The notes: generated by a model from the letters alone, not told the origin. DNA of 64,000 bases from Deferribacterales bacterium (GCA_050253075.1 JBFWJS010000005.1:115237-179236); one strand, 5' to 3'; positions 20,738 to 32,181 are shown, numbered from the stretch's first letter. Numbers and translations: made by a program.

Positions 20738-21593
20738 CCATATCATCAAAGCTGTAGCCCGCTTTATTAGCGGCCTTAGGCAGAAGGCTGGTCTCTGTCA
20801 TGCCCGGCAGGGTATTCACCTCAAGCACATACGGATGCTTTCCGTCGTAGATGATGTCTGCCCTTCCGTAACCGCTGCATTCCAGAGCGTCAAAGGCTCT
20901 CATGGCCATGTTGTTCACTGCTTCTGTCTCCGTTTTGGAGAGACCTGTCTCGAAGATATATTCTGTCATACCTTTGGTATATTTTGATTCATAGTCATAG
21001 ACGCCTTTTTTCGGGCGTATCCATATAGCAGGGAGCACCTCACCGTCCAGTATGCTGACGGTCAGCTCCATGCCGCTGATGCACTGCTCTACGATAACCT
21101 TGCCGTCGTATTTGAAAGCGTCTTCCAGCTTCTCTGCATAGTCAGCTTCGTTGTCTACTATGTGTATGCCCACGCTGGAGCCCTGTCTTGCGGGCTTTAT
21201 CACGCATTTTTCGAAAGGCATATTTCTATTAACGTCTCTCAGCTCTATATAGTCTGCGGTCTTCACCTTAGACTTTATGAACTGTTCCTTAGAGAGCGCT
21301 TTATCAAAGGCTATCAGGTTAGACTGGTATGAAGAGCCTGTATAAGGCAGCCCCATTATGTCCAGCAGACCCTGTATGCGTCCGTCCTCACCGTATGTAC
21401 CGTGCAGAGCGATAAAGCAGACATCGGCGCCCGACCGGGCTACCTGAGAGGCGACATCACGCCCCATGTCTATGAGGGCGGTCTCGTATCCAAGGCGGAT
21501 GAGGGAGTCATAAGCTGCCTTTCCGCTGCGGAGGGAAACCTCTCTTTCTGCCGACATACCGCCGTAAAGGACGGCTACCTTTTTATCTTTCAC
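20697..21593 (-). CDS. ddl: D-alanine--D-alanine ligase
   Basis: GGMSAEREVSL, ALHGTYGEDG, GSSVGI, YDYESKY, EVNTLPGMT. Confidence 0.97.
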   Translation of the reverse strand: MKDKKVAVLYGGMSAEREVSLRSGKAAYDSLIRLGYETALIDMGRDVASQVARSGADVCFIALHGTYGEDGRIQGLLDIMGLPYTGSSYQSNLIAFDKALSKEQFIKSKVKTADYIELRDVNRNMPFEKCVIKPARQGSSVGIHIVDNEADYAEKLEDAFKYDGKVIVEQCISGMELTVSILDGEVLPAIWIRPKKGVYDYESKYTKGMTEYIFETGLSKTETEAVNNMAMRAFDALECSGYGRADIIYDGKHPYVLEVNTLPGMTETSLLPKAANKAGYSFDDMVEKMLLGAFESKR

Positions 21594-22980
21594 TTCTCTT
21601 TATCCTCACTGCCTCTGAAAGCTCAAAGGAGAATTTTGTAATGCTTCCCGCACCGAGTGTCAGCATGACTGTGTCGTCACAGCCGTGTTCGTGCAGGTAT
21701 TCAAACACCCCGTCAAATCCGTGGATGTATTTTACGTTTTTAAAGCCTCTGGTCTTGATCTCTTTCACCAGTGTTTCAGAGTCCACACCGTCTATCTTGT
21801 CTTCGCTGGCCGCATATATATCTGTAATGAAGAGCATGTCTGCATCAAAGAACGCAGTGGCGAAATCCTTCATGAGCGCCGCAGTACGGCTGTATCTGTG
21901 AGGCTGGAAAATAGCCAGTATCTTCTTATCCTGATAAGCACCGCGCACAGCCTTCAGAGTAGTTTTGATCTCTGTCGGGTGATGTCCGTAGTCGTCCATA
22001 ACGATGCAGCTTCCGTCTTCGTATCTGCTGGTCAGCCTGCGCTGAACACCCTTAAACCCTTCGAGGGCACGCTTTACCGTGCGGAAAGGTATGTCGAACT
22101 GCATAGCGACGGCTATTGCGCCCAGTGCGTTGCGTACATTATGCTCACCTGGGAATCCGAGCTTAATTCTGCCCGCCTTCTTTCCGCTGATGATAACGTC
22201 GAACTGCATAGAGAAACCCTTCTGCTCTATGTTCACCGCATGCACATCTGCCTGTGCGAGGAATCCGTATGTGACAAACCTGCGGTCTATCAGCGGGATG
22301 AGGTCTGCCGTGTTCTCGTCGTCGAGGCAGAGGACCACAGAGCCGTAAAAAGGCACTCTGGAAACAAAGTCGGCGAATGTCTGTTTGACATCTTCGATAT
22401 CTTTGTATGTGTCAGGGTGCTCAAAGTCTATATTTGTAACCAGTGCAACAGACGGCGACATCATAAGGAAACTCCTGTCTGATTCGTCCGCTTCGGCAAC
22501 TATCACGTTTCCTGTGCCGAGGGTTGCGTTGGTATCTTTCGTATTCAGTATCCCGCCCACGACCACTGTCGGGTCGAGTTTTGCGGTGTTCAATATCTCT
22601 GCCACCATGGATGTGGTGGTTGTCTTCCCGTGGGAGCCTGCGATGGCAATGCTGTATTTCAGACGCATAAGCTCCGCCAGCATCTCGCCACGCTTTATCA
22701 CAGGGATAAAGTTATCCTTTGCGCAGACCAGCTCAGGGTTTGTCTCCTTCACAGCGGATGAATAGACCACAACGTCTGCACCCTCTGCGTTTTCATACCT
22801 GTGTCCTGTCTGCACGTTTATTCCCATTTTCTGCAGGCGTTTAACATTGTTACTCTCCAAAAGGTCGGAACCGCTCACGCCAAACCCCATAGTATGCAGA
22901 ACCTCAGCGATACCGCTCATGCCTATCCCGCCTATGCCTACGAAGTGGATGTTTTTAACTTTTCCAAAAACCTTATCCAA
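21583..22980 (-). CDS. murC: UDP-N-acetylmuramate--L-alanine ligase
   Basis: HFVGIGGIGMSGIA, GSHGKTTTT, EADESD, DDYGHHPTE, FQPHRYSRT. Confidence 0.97.
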   Translation of the reverse strand: MDKVFGKVKNIHFVGIGGIGMSGIAEVLHTMGFGVSGSDLLESNNVKRLQKMGINVQTGHRYENAEGADVVVYSSAVKETNPELVCAKDNFIPVIKRGEMLAELMRLKYSIAIAGSHGKTTTTSMVAEILNTAKLDPTVVVGGILNTKDTNATLGTGNVIVAEADESDRSFLMMSPSVALVTNIDFEHPDTYKDIEDVKQTFADFVSRVPFYGSVVLCLDDENTADLIPLIDRRFVTYGFLAQADVHAVNIEQKGFSMQFDVIISGKKAGRIKLGFPGEHNVRNALGAIAVAMQFDIPFRTVKRALEGFKGVQRRLTSRYEDGSCIVMDDYGHHPTEIKTTLKAVRGAYQDKKILAIFQPHRYSRTAALMKDFATAFFDADMLFITDIYAASEDKIDGVDSETLVKEIKTRGFKNVKYIHGFDGVFEYLHEHGCDDTVMLTLGAGSITKFSFELSEAVRIKRSER

Positions 22981-24016
22981 TGTTCATTCCCCCTGCTATC
23001 AGCTCTACGCTTTCGTATGTTTTCAGGTTTTTCAGTGCTGTTTTATAGCTGTCATAGTTCAGAGATATGCTCTTCACCATTCCCGCCAGAGCCTCCGGCT
23101 TTGCGTCGTCCTCAGTGAGAACTTTCGCCACGCCCTGCTCCTCTGCAAATTTTGCATTATAGAGCTGGTGTTCGTCCGCCGACAGCGCAAAGGGTATGTA
23201 AATAGCGACCCTTTTTGCATTCATAACCTCGAAAACCGTCCCCGAGCCTGAGCGTGCTATTACCACATCCGCCCATTCCAGTGCCTCGGCGACATCATCT
23301 ATGTATCCGGTCACCTGAAGTCTCTCATCAGGTGTGATACCGAGCACGTTATATTTTTCCATAGTCTCACCCAGCAGCTTTCCGCCCGCCTGATGACGGA
23401 TGGTAAACCCCGCTTCCAAAAGCGACTTTGCGGCCTCTGCCACCTGAGTGTTTATAAACCTGCTCCCCTGCGAACCGCCGAGGATCAATATATTCTTACC
23501 CGCCTCTTCCTTCATCGGGATGTTTTTAAACATCGCCCTGACGGGGTTGCCTGTCACGGTTGTTTTCCCCACTGCCTTTTTGGTATCGGGGAAAGACAGA
23601 AAGACCTTTTCACAGCTCCCTGCGAACTTTCTGTTAGTCATGCCCATCACGCTGTTCTGCTCGTGGAGATACATCTCTATCCCCTTCATCGAGCCGACCA
23701 GAGCGGCGGCAGCGGATACAAACCCGCCTGTAAGGAGGAGCTTGTCGTCCTTTTTCAGCAGTCTGTGGCATCTGGCGACCTCTTTCATCAGCATGAATAC
23801 AGACTTTACCTTTCTGAATGCAGATACACCGTTCAGAGGTGTTTCCGACTGCTCATAGAAAGGATAGCCGAGGTCTGTGAGCACCTTCCTCTCCAGTCCC
23901 CTTTTGGAGACGATGAAGAAGCTGTCCACGCCGAACTGCTTTACGTATTCCGCAACGGCTACACCCGGGTAAAGATGCCCGCCTGTACCGCCGCCTGCGA
24001 TGACCAGCCTAGACAT
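22973..24016 (-). CDS. murG: lipid II GlcNAc transferase MurG
   Basis: AGGGTGGHLYPG, HEQN, TGNPVR, GGSQGS, HQLYNA. Confidence 0.96.
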   Translation of the reverse strand: MSRLVIAGGGTGGHLYPGVAVAEYVKQFGVDSFFIVSKRGLERKVLTDLGYPFYEQSETPLNGVSAFRKVKSVFMLMKEVARCHRLLKKDDKLLLTGGFVSAAAALVGSMKGIEMYLHEQNSVMGMTNRKFAGSCEKVFLSFPDTKKAVGKTTVTGNPVRAMFKNIPMKEEAGKNILILGGSQGSRFINTQVAEAAKSLLEAGFTIRHQAGGKLLGETMEKYNVLGITPDERLQVTGYIDDVAEALEWADVVIARSGSGTVFEVMNAKRVAIYIPFALSADEHQLYNAKFAEEQGVAKVLTEDDAKPEALAGMVKSISLNYDSYKTALKNLKTYESVELIAGGMNIG

Positions 24017-25106
24017 TCTGTTCCCCCTGTGCCTCTTCGGCACTGCGTATGAGCACGCCCACGATAAAGAGCGACATGATCATACTGGAACCGCCGTAGC
24101 TCACAAACGGAAGACCTATACCCTTAGTCGGCAGTGCACCTGTCACAACACCTATGTGCAGACAAGCCTGAACAACGAGACAATAAGCCAGACCGAATGT
24201 AAAAATACGTTTAAATTTATTCGTATGCAGCTTTGCAACTTGCACGCATACATAAAAAAGTACTGCAAAAAGCACTATAAAAAACAATGCACCAAGAAGC
24301 CCTGTCTCCTCAGCTATGATGGCATAGATGAAGTCTGTGTGAGCCTCGGGGAGGAAGTGCAGCTTCTGGGAAGAGTTGCCTATACCCTTGCCCGCCAGCT
24401 TCCCGCTGCCTACTGCGGCGAGAGACTGTATCAGCTGATATCCTGTCTTATACTGGTCTGCCCACGGGTCGAGAAAGCTGAGAAGCCTAGCCTTCCTGTA
24501 TCCCATCATCATCCCCGCTATCAGTATCGGAGAGATGAACCCGAGCATACCGCCTATATGCTTAATGCTCGCACCGCCGATGAGGAACATGGCGAGCAGT
24601 ATAGCTATCATCAGAAACGTAGTACCAAAGTCAGGCTCGGAGAGTATCAGAGCACCCATAAGGCCGAGCAGGATAGAAGCAGGTAAAAAACCTTTGGAGA
24701 AGTCTTTCAGCTTGTCTTCCTTCTTTTCCAGATAGTGCGCCAGATAGAGTATCAGCGTAAACTTCGCCAGCTCCGAAGGCTGGAAGCTGAAACCCGGCAG
24801 GAGCAGCCATCTGTGCGCTCCGTTGATAGGTCTGTAAAAGAAGACCGCAACGAGCAGTACCAGAGTGAGAAAATAAAGGATCGGAACATTCTTTCTCCAT
24901 GCGCTGAGAGGCACTTTATAAGCAGTGTACATAGCGAAGAAGCCGACGATGACGCTCACCATCTGCTTCTGGAAAAAGTAGAGCTCACGCTTGCCCAGAG
25001 AGATAGCCTGCATGCTCCCCGCAGAGAGTATGAAGATCAGACCGCCCATGGTCAGCACAGAGATTATCAGCAGTATTTTAAATCTGTTGTCTCTCAGCTC
25101 GTTCAT
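24009..25106 (-). CDS. ftsW: peptidoglycan glycosyltransferase FtsW
   Basis: FQPSELAK, EPDFGT, LPEAHTDFI, LPFVSYGGSS. Confidence 0.96.
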   Translation of the reverse strand: MNELRDNRFKILLIISVLTMGGLIFILSAGSMQAISLGKRELYFFQKQMVSVIVGFFAMYTAYKVPLSAWRKNVPILYFLTLVLLVAVFFYRPINGAHRWLLLPGFSFQPSELAKFTLILYLAHYLEKKEDKLKDFSKGFLPASILLGLMGALILSEPDFGTTFLMIAILLAMFLIGGASIKHIGGMLGFISPILIAGMMMGYRKARLLSFLDPWADQYKTGYQLIQSLAAVGSGKLAGKGIGNSSQKLHFLPEAHTDFIYAIIAEETGLLGALFFIVLFAVLFYVCVQVAKLHTNKFKRIFTFGLAYCLVVQACLHIGVVTGALPTKGIGLPFVSYGGSSMIMSLFIVGVLIRSAEEAQGEQNV

Positions 25107-26344
25107 TGTCTTCCCTTTATCTCCATTACCAGTTCTTTGAAGTGAGTACCTCTGTGTTCGAAGCCTCTGTGCTCGTCAAAGCTGGCACAGGCAGGTGAAA
25201 GCAGAACTTTTTCGCCCGCTTCAGCCGCCTCATATGCTTTTAAAACCGCCTCTTCCAGATTTAAAGCTCTGTAAAGAGGCACACTGATCTTTCCGTTCAG
25301 CGTGTTATATATCTTTTCACCTGCGCCGCCGTAGGCTATCACGCATGTACATTTTTCATTCAGGGCGTCTGTCATAGTTTTGAAGTCGCCGTTCTTGTCC
25401 TTTCCGCCGAGGATGATCACTATCCCCTTCTCCATGCCGTTCAGCGCTGTCAGGGTGCTGTGTATGTTTGTACCCTTAGAGTCGTTTATAAACTCCACGC
25501 CGTTTATCTCGGCTACGTGTTCGCATCTGTGCTCGAGCCCTGTGAGCCCTGTCAGCATATCCGAAACATCGCCTTCGAGCCCTGCCAACGCATCCACCGC
25601 TAAAAGGGCAAATGAAAGGTTTATCAGGTTATGCCCGCCACTCAGTGGGAAGTTTGCCGTATCGGCATAAAACCTGCCGAAATCGAGCCTGCCCGCCTGC
25701 GGTTTAGGGTCTATCTTTATCGTCTCACCCGTGAAGACAGACGCCTTCCCTTTCAGGTATTCATCGTCTTCTATTATCAGCCTGCCCTCAGGCTTCAGGT
25801 AATGCAGCAGATTTATCTTATCCGCTGTGTAGTCGTCCAGATCTGAGTATCTGTCCATGTGGTCTTCGGCGAGGTTTGTTATGACCGCTGCATCCGCCTG
25901 AAACTCTTTCAGCATCCCTGTCTGGAAGCTGGAGAGCTCTGCCACATAAACATCCTTTGCGCCCGCAAGCACCGCATCGCCGAATGTCACGCCTATGTTT
26001 CCGCAGGCTATGGCGCTCATCCCGCACTTTTCAAAGAGCTGTGCGGTGAGGTGAGTCACTGTGGACTTACCGTTTGTGCCTGTGATGGCGACTATCTTAG
26101 AGCCCATCGGCATGTGCTTGTATGCCAGCTCTATTTCGCTAGTATATTTTTTCGGTGCGTTTGTCAGCTTGCGCAGGTTTATCCCCGGGCTGACAGCAAC
26201 ACTGTCGTATTCATCTTTAAACTCTGCGATCGGTCTGGCGGACTTGTCGTCGAAAATATCGACTTCATTATATCCGTCCAGTGTCAGCAGTTTTTCGGCT
26301 GCCTTACCGCTCATACCGTAGCCTATGATCGCAGCTTTCATCAT
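25103..26344 (-). CDS. murD: UDP-MurNAc-L-Ala--D-Glu ligase
   Basis: ITGTNGKST, ELSSFQ, DHMDRY, NDSKGTN, LSPACASFD. The start overlaps the mraY stop (TAATG). Confidence 0.96.
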   Translation of the reverse strand: MMKAAIIGYGMSGKAAEKLLTLDGYNEVDIFDDKSARPIAEFKDEYDSVAVSPGINLRKLTNAPKKYTSEIELAYKHMPMGSKIVAITGTNGKSTVTHLTAQLFEKCGMSAIACGNIGVTFGDAVLAGAKDVYVAELSSFQTGMLKEFQADAAVITNLAEDHMDRYSDLDDYTADKINLLHYLKPEGRLIIEDDEYLKGKASVFTGETIKIDPKPQAGRLDFGRFYADTANFPLSGGHNLINLSFALLAVDALAGLEGDVSDMLTGLTGLEHRCEHVAEINGVEFINDSKGTNIHSTLTALNGMEKGIVIILGGKDKNGDFKTMTDALNEKCTCVIAYGGAGEKIYNTLNGKISVPLYRALNLEEAVLKAYEAAEAGEKVLLSPACASFDEHRGFEHRGTHFKELVMEIKGRQ

Positions 26345-27429
26345 TACCTCAGCTTCAGCGTGGACAGAGCCACCAGTGCCAGTATTATAGAGATGATCCA
26401 GAAGCGGATGACGATCTTTGTCTCGCCCCAACCGGAAAGCTCAAAATGATGATGTATAGGTGCCATGCGGAAAAGTCTCTTCCCGCCCGACATCTTAAAA
26501 TACCCGACCTGAAATATTACAGACAGGGTCTCCATTACGAATATACCGCCCACTATGGCGAGGACTATCTCGTGCTTTGCTATAACAGCTACTGTAGCCA
26601 GCGCACCGCCTATGGCAAGGCTGCCCACGTCGCCCATGAAGACGCTCGCAGGGTGTGCATTAAACCAGAGGAATCCGAGCCCCGCACCAACCATCGCTCC
26701 ACAGAATATAGCAAGCTCTCCTGCATCTCTGATGTAGATGATCTGCAGATAATCTGCGAATTTCACGTGACCTGTGAGGTACACGAAGAGCCCGATAGTT
26801 CCAAATGCTATGACGCTCGGTGCTATTGCCAGCCCGTCGAGACCGTCTGTGAGGTTCACGGCGTTTGATGTGCCGATGATGACAAACAGAGCAAATACAA
26901 AGTAGAAGTAGGACAGGTCTATCACCAGATGCTTGAAGAAAGGCATGGCGAGCCTTGTCACATTACCGCTAGTGTCCACCTGCATCAGCATAGCAGTAGC
27001 GGCAACAGCCACCACGAGCTGACCCATGAACTTTGTCCTTGCAGATATCCCGTTCGGGTTTTTCAGTATTGTCTTTTTATAGTCGTCGACAAATCCGAGG
27101 AAGCCGTAAGATACGAATACGAAAAGCGTAATCCACACATACGGATTTCTCAGGTCTGCCCACAGCAGTGTTGTAATTGTTGCGGAGCCGACTATTATTA
27201 TGCCCCCCATTGTCGGGGTGCCTTCTTTTGCTTTATGTCTGTCGGGCTCATAGCCCTTTGACTTCATATTGAAAGAGAGCTCCCTCAGCCTGCGTATAGC
27301 ATATGGACCGACTATCAGTGTGATGAGCATAGCGGTAACGGCAGCGTATGCCGCACGGAAAGTGATATAGCGAAAGACATTAAGTATGCTCAGCTGGTCC
27401 GCTAACGGGACTAAGAGGTTATACAGCAC
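26344..27429 (-). CDS. mraY: phospho-MurNAc-pentapeptide transferase
   Basis: [41 protein letters not shown]. Confidence 0.98.
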   Translation of the reverse strand: MLYNLLVPLADQLSILNVFRYITFRAAYAAVTAMLITLIVGPYAIRRLRELSFNMKSKGYEPDRHKAKEGTPTMGGIIIVGSATITTLLWADLRNPYVWITLFVFVSYGFLGFVDDYKKTILKNPNGISARTKFMGQLVVAVAATAMLMQVDTSGNVTRLAMPFFKHLVIDLSYFYFVFALFVIIGTSNAVNLTDGLDGLAIAPSVIAFGTIGLFVYLTGHVKFADYLQIIYIRDAGELAIFCGAMVGAGLGFLWFNAHPASVFMGDVGSLAIGGALATVAVIAKHEIVLAIVGGIFVMETLSVIFQVGYFKMSGGKRLFRMAPIHHHFELSGWGETKIVIRFWIISIILALVALSTLKLR

Positions 27430-28777
27430 TCTTCATTTTCTCCTTTTCGAGGTGTTTTACGAACTCCTCGAACTTCTGACCACGGGAAGCCTTGAAAAGA
27501 ACCGCACCCTGACTTACCTCAGAGATGAGCCTCTTTGCCTCTTCACGTGTCTGAACTATCTTTATATTTCCCGCTTTTTCAAAACGGGTGAATCCTTTAC
27601 CTACAAATACGAAGTTTACGTTCTGAAGCTCGGATGCTTTTTTCATCAGTTTGAAGTAGAGCATCTCTTCGTATCCTTCTATCTCGCCCATTTCGCCTAT
27701 GAAGGCTGTCTTCACGTCCGATGGTATCTCGGCGAGGTTTGACATGGCGCTTATCACAGATTCGAAACCTGCGTTATAGGTGTCGTCGATGACCTTTATG
27801 CCGTCCACGTCATTTATGCGCCCTCTGCCTGCCTTCGGCTGAAAGTTTCTGATGCCCTTCATGACATCTGTATATGAGAGCCCCGCAGCCATGCCTATGG
27901 CTATTGCAGGGAGACTGTTATTTACAAAGTGGCTGTATATGTGGTTCAGCTTAAAGCAGTAAGGAGTATTCCTCGTGACCGCCGTAAAGTAGAAGTCACC
28001 CGCTGCTGTTCTGTTCACCTCAGCCAGTATCACGTGGGAGGACATGTCAGAGCCGAAGTATTTCACCTCTGCTTTTTCAAGCACTTCCGATGTAATGAAC
28101 CTGCGGCATGTGTCGGCTATGTAGAGCGTCCCTCTGTTTTTCATCCCTTTAACGATGGAGAGCTTCTCCTCTGCGAGCCCTTCTATGCCTTTGAATCTGC
28201 CGATGTGCGCATGTCCTATGCCTGTGACAACGCATACGTCAGGCTTTATATATTTAGAGAGCTGTTCTATCTCTCCGCTGGAGTTCGTACCCATTTCAAA
28301 CACTGCATAGCTTGTGCCCATCTTCATGTTTGCAGCACATATGGCGACTCCAAGCTCGTTGTTGTAATTGCCGTATGCGGTATAAACACGCTTTCTTGTT
28401 TTCAGCACTTCGCTGATCAGCTCTTTTGTGGTGGTTTTACCCACGCTGCCTGTTATGGCTATCTTTCTGCCTTTGTATCTCTGAAGGTTATAAGCACCGA
28501 GGTCTTTCAGTGCCTGCATGGCATCACGTACCAGAACCTTACTGCCTCTGATGCTGTCATAAACAGCCTCATCCGTGACCACGACAAGGGATGCACCCTC
28601 TTCGGACACTGCCTTTGCGTAAAGGTTTCCGTCTGTCTTCTCACCTTTGAAAGCGACAAAGCAGCTGTCTTTTCTCAGCTGTCTGCTGTCGATGACAAAG
28701 TTTTTGATCTGTACGTCTTCCTGCACATGGGAATGAAGAACACCGCCCATGGCATTGATTGCCTGTGTGACTAGCAT
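27419..28777 (-). CDS. murF: UDP-MurNAc-tripeptide--D-Ala-D-Ala ligase
   Basis: [31 protein letters not shown]. Confidence 0.95.
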   Translation of the reverse strand: MLVTQAINAMGGVLHSHVQEDVQIKNFVIDSRQLRKDSCFVAFKGEKTDGNLYAKAVSEEGASLVVVTDEAVYDSIRGSKVLVRDAMQALKDLGAYNLQRYKGRKIAITGSVGKTTTKELISEVLKTRKRVYTAYGNYNNELGVAICAANMKMGTSYAVFEMGTNSSGEIEQLSKYIKPDVCVVTGIGHAHIGRFKGIEGLAEEKLSIVKGMKNRGTLYIADTCRRFITSEVLEKAEVKYFGSDMSSHVILAEVNRTAAGDFYFTAVTRNTPYCFKLNHIYSHFVNNSLPAIAIGMAAGLSYTDVMKGIRNFQPKAGRGRINDVDGIKVIDDTYNAGFESVISAMSNLAEIPSDVKTAFIGEMGEIEGYEEMLYFKLMKKASELQNVNFVFVGKGFTRFEKAGNIKIVQTREEAKRLISEVSQGAVLFKASRGQKFEEFVKHLEKEKMKSAV

Positions 28778-28780
28778 TCG

Positions 28781-30232
28781 CTATACCTCCAGATACTTTC
28801 TCACTTCTTCTCTGTCGTCGAAGTGAATTTTCTCCTTACCGAGAACCATATAGTCCTCATGGCCTTTACCCGCTATCAGCACTATGTCCTTTGGCTCTGC
28901 CATCTCCACAGCCTGCTTGATAGCTTTCATACGATCGGGGCAGATGATAACGCTTTCTGCGTTTTCGAATCCTGCGATGATGTCTTCGATTATCTGCTGA
29001 GGATCTTCTGTCCTCGGGTTATCGCTGGTAACTATAACAACATCCGATCCGCTTTCGGCGGACTTTGCCATCCGTGGCCTCTTTGACCTGTCCCTATCCC
29101 CGCCGCAGCCGAACACTGTGATCAGCCTGTTTTCTTTAAAGCTGCAGAGTGCATCTACAACATTTCTCAGGGCGTCGTCAGTGTGGGCGTAGTCTACAAA
29201 TATATATGCTCCGTTAGCCTTCTCGAATTTCTCGAGCCTGCCCGGCACATTTTTCAGATTTTCGATACCTTTTACGATGTCGTCTCCGTCCACACCCAGC
29301 ATGATGCATCCCGCAGCAGCAGCCATAAGGTTCTCCAGATTGTGCAGACCGACTAGGTCGGACTTTATCTCGAGAGCACCGGAAGGGCAGACAAACTTTG
29401 CTTTCAGCCCGCTAAGGCCGAACCATATCTCCTCTGCGGTGATGTCAGATTTCGGAGTGAGTCCGTAGGACACTTTATCTATCTCAGCTTCTTTAAAGAG
29501 CTTTGCTCCATAGTCGTTATCTTTGCCTATCACGCCGACCTTGCAGTATTCCGGTGTGAAGAGTATCTTTTTCGCTTCGTAGTATTCGTCCATTGTCTTG
29601 TGATAGTCGAGGTGGTCGCCCGATATGTTTGTGAATATCGCCACGTCGAAGACAACGCCGTTTACCCTGTGCTGATGCAGAGCGTGTGAGGATACCTCCA
29701 TGATGAGGGTATCGCAGCCCGCCTTTTTAGCATCTGCCAGTATTTTAAAGAATTCATATGTAGGCGGTGTGGTACTGTTCAGGTCGATCAGCTTGTCAGC
29801 GTATCTGATACCTGTCGTGCCGACCACCACAGGCTTTTTACCAGCCTGTTTCACGATGGATTCTATGATATATGTTGTGGTTGTTTTGCCGTTTGTACCT
29901 GTCACGGCAATGCATTCCATAGCTTCGTCCGGTCTGCCGAAGAAGTTTCTGCAGGCTCTGGCGACGGCTCTTCTTCCGTCTTCCACGATGACTGTAGGCA
30001 CACCTTCGATCTTTTCCTCTGCGACGACAAACGGTACTTTTCCGCTGGCGAACACATCGGCAGCAAACTGGGTTGAATCCACGGCAGCACCCTTAAACGC
30101 AAAGAACGGAGACCTGTTTTTCAGGTTTCTGCTGTCAATATTGATATCTTTCACATCTGTTTCGAAATCTACATCAAGATCGAAACCCTTGATGGAAAGT
30201 CCGTCAAGAAGCTGGGAGACTTTCATATACAT
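28781..30232 (-). CDS. murE: UDP-MurNAc-dipeptide--meso-DAP ligase
   Basis: TGTNGKTT, MEVSSH, DYAHT, GCGGDRD, DNPR (DAP-specific), AGKGHE. Confidence 0.97.
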   Translation of the reverse strand: MYMKVSQLLDGLSIKGFDLDVDFETDVKDINIDSRNLKNRSPFFAFKGAAVDSTQFAADVFASGKVPFVVAEEKIEGVPTVIVEDGRRAVARACRNFFGRPDEAMECIAVTGTNGKTTTTYIIESIVKQAGKKPVVVGTTGIRYADKLIDLNSTTPPTYEFFKILADAKKAGCDTLIMEVSSHALHQHRVNGVVFDVAIFTNISGDHLDYHKTMDEYYEAKKILFTPEYCKVGVIGKDNDYGAKLFKEAEIDKVSYGLTPKSDITAEEIWFGLSGLKAKFVCPSGALEIKSDLVGLHNLENLMAAAAGCIMLGVDGDDIVKGIENLKNVPGRLEKFEKANGAYIFVDYAHTDDALRNVVDALCSFKENRLITVFGCGGDRDRSKRPRMAKSAESGSDVVIVTSDNPRTEDPQQIIEDIIAGFENAESVIICPDRMKAIKQAVEMAEPKDIVLIAGKGHEDYMVLGKEKIHFDDREEVRKYLEV

Positions 30233-31892
30233 AGCTCCTTTTTAATCCAAGCTGCATTGACAGCTGTTCTGCCAGAGTCTTAAAAGTGTGGGCCGCTGTA
30301 GAACCGCCGTATATCGACTTTTTAGGTTCCTGATAGACCACCAGCATAGCTATCCTCGGATTATCAGCAGGGAAAACCCCTGCAAAACTCGCAACATACT
30401 CTTTCTTACTGTATGTTCCTGTTTCACTATCTATCCTTTGTCCTGTCCCTGTCTTTCCGGCTATAGGCACAAAGGATGACTGCGCATTGCTTCCTGTTCC
30501 GTCTGTTACGACATCGGACAGTAATGACTGCAACGCTTTTGCTGTTTCTTCAGAAAAGATCCTTTTCTGTACATATTTCGGTCTGTATATATTTCCGCCG
30601 TTTTCGACTTTGCTCACTATTTTAGGGTTCACCAGTCTGCCGCCGTTGGCGATGGCAGAGTAAAAACGCACCATCTGCAGCGGAGTGACCATCACTTCCT
30701 GCCCGATGGATATCGAAGGTTTGCTGAGTCCTGACCACTGCTCTGTCGATCTGAGGATGCCCTCTTCTTCGCCCAGTCCTGATACGCCTGTCTTCTCGCC
30801 AAATCCTGCTTCTTTCATGTATTGATAGAATTCCTTTTTTGTCACTTTGTCGGACAGCTTCATTGTGCCTATGTTGCTGGAGTGCAGCATGACCTGTCTG
30901 GCTGTCAGTATCTGAAACGGGTGAACATCCTTCACCACGTGGTCGTACAGCTTATACTTACCGTTTTCACAGTTGACCATCTCTCTCATGTTCAGATTAT
31001 GCTTATCCATAAGCAGAGAAAAAAGCACAGGCTTGAATATGGAGCCCGGCTCGTATAGATATCCCGCAGGATAGTTTTTCCATTCAGAACGGCTGTATTT
31101 GCCGTATTCGTTCGGGTCAAAGCCTCCGGAGGACGCCGCAAAAATTATATCCCCAGTGTATGCATCCATGGCAACTGCGATTCCCCTCTTGGCCATGAAT
31201 TTCTCGGTGTCCTCTCGGAGCACTTCTTCGCTTAGACCCTGTAGGTATTTGTCTATCGTCAGATAGAGCTGTGTATCTATTTCTTTTTCTTTTCTGGTAT
31301 CTTCGAAAACGATGCGCTTGCCTTTGTTATCCTTCAGGCTGAGCAGCTGGAGCTTATGCCCCTGCAGTATCTTTTCGTATCTGTTTTCCAGTCCGCCGAG
31401 ACCTTTGTTATCCGTACCGGTGAAGCCCACGATTGACGCAGCCAGCTTTCTCTCTGGATAAAGTCTCTGCTCTTCCAGCAGATATTCCACATTCGGGATC
31501 TGCTTCTGTATCTTTTCCGCCTGATCTATGTCTATGTTCCTTTCGATCCAGACGAATCCGTCGTTTTTCAGTATGCGTGTGATGGTATTCTTAGAGAGCT
31601 TCAGACCTGCATTCTGGAGCTTTCTAACGAACACCTTCCTGTCGTTTATCTCACTGGCGAAGACATAGAGGGATGCGGACTTCTTATTCAGTGCGAGCGG
31701 GTCTCCGTTCACATCGAGAATGAATCCTCTGCCCCTTGTGCTCTCTATGACGCCCTTTGCTTGATTGCCCGCAAACTCAGTGAAAAAGTCCCCCTGCCAT
31801 AATTGAAGATAGGCGATCCTGGCAACCAGAACGCCTAAAGCAAGGAAAGCTAACAAACTGAAGAAGTTTATGCGGGATCTGTCATTTGACAT
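30204..31892 (-). CDS. ftsI: division transpeptidase PBP3/FtsI
   Basis: N-terminal TM, RGFILD, YEPGSIFK (SxxK), SSN, KTGT. Confidence 0.95.
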   Translation of the reverse strand: MSNDRSRINFFSLLAFLALGVLVARIAYLQLWQGDFFTEFAGNQAKGVIESTRGRGFILDVNGDPLALNKKSASLYVFASEINDRKVFVRKLQNAGLKLSKNTITRILKNDGFVWIERNIDIDQAEKIQKQIPNVEYLLEEQRLYPERKLAASIVGFTGTDNKGLGGLENRYEKILQGHKLQLLSLKDNKGKRIVFEDTRKEKEIDTQLYLTIDKYLQGLSEEVLREDTEKFMAKRGIAVAMDAYTGDIIFAASSGGFDPNEYGKYSRSEWKNYPAGYLYEPGSIFKPVLFSLLMDKHNLNMREMVNCENGKYKLYDHVVKDVHPFQILTARQVMLHSSNIGTMKLSDKVTKKEFYQYMKEAGFGEKTGVSGLGEEEGILRSTEQWSGLSKPSISIGQEVMVTPLQMVRFYSAIANGGRLVNPKIVSKVENGGNIYRPKYVQKRIFSEETAKALQSLLSDVVTDGTGSNAQSSFVPIAGKTGTGQRIDSETGTYSKKEYVASFAGVFPADNPRIAMLVVYQEPKKSIYGGSTAAHTFKTLAEQLSMQLGLKRSYVYESLPAS

Positions 31893-32181
31893 AAAACGTC
31901 CTTCGCACATCCGGCAAACTCAGCCCGAGTTCTTTTGCCTTTCTGTATAGGTTCTCTGTATCATATTCTCTGGATTTCTTATCCAGCATGCTCAGATAGC
32001 TTATCTCTGCTCTCTCGTTTCTGTCGGAGAGATTGCTTATCTCATACCCTGTTTTGATGCACAGGTGTCTGACATATACCAAGCTGAAAAGGAGTAGAAT
32101 TGTGAGCGATGCGAAAAAGAGTGTACGCATTTTGAGTCTGCCCGCTTGTGGTGCTGCTGTTGAAAGTGTTCCTGCTCTCAT
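31882..32181 (-). CDS. ftsL: cell division protein FtsL
   Basis: Small bitopic protein with a coiled coil and AKELGL, located between rsmH and ftsI. Confidence 0.8.
   Translation of the reverse strand: MRAGTLSTAAPQAGRLKMRTLFFASLTILLLFSLVYVRHLCIKTGYEISNLSDRNERAEISYLSMLDKKSREYDTENLYRKAKELGLSLPDVRRTFYVK

Noticed and set aside
27929..28774. Long antisense ORFs (also 21685-22482, 43308-44183, 48512-49267, 63173-63988 and others)
   Set aside because: These are shadow frames opposite well-supported genes, with no recognisable motifs.
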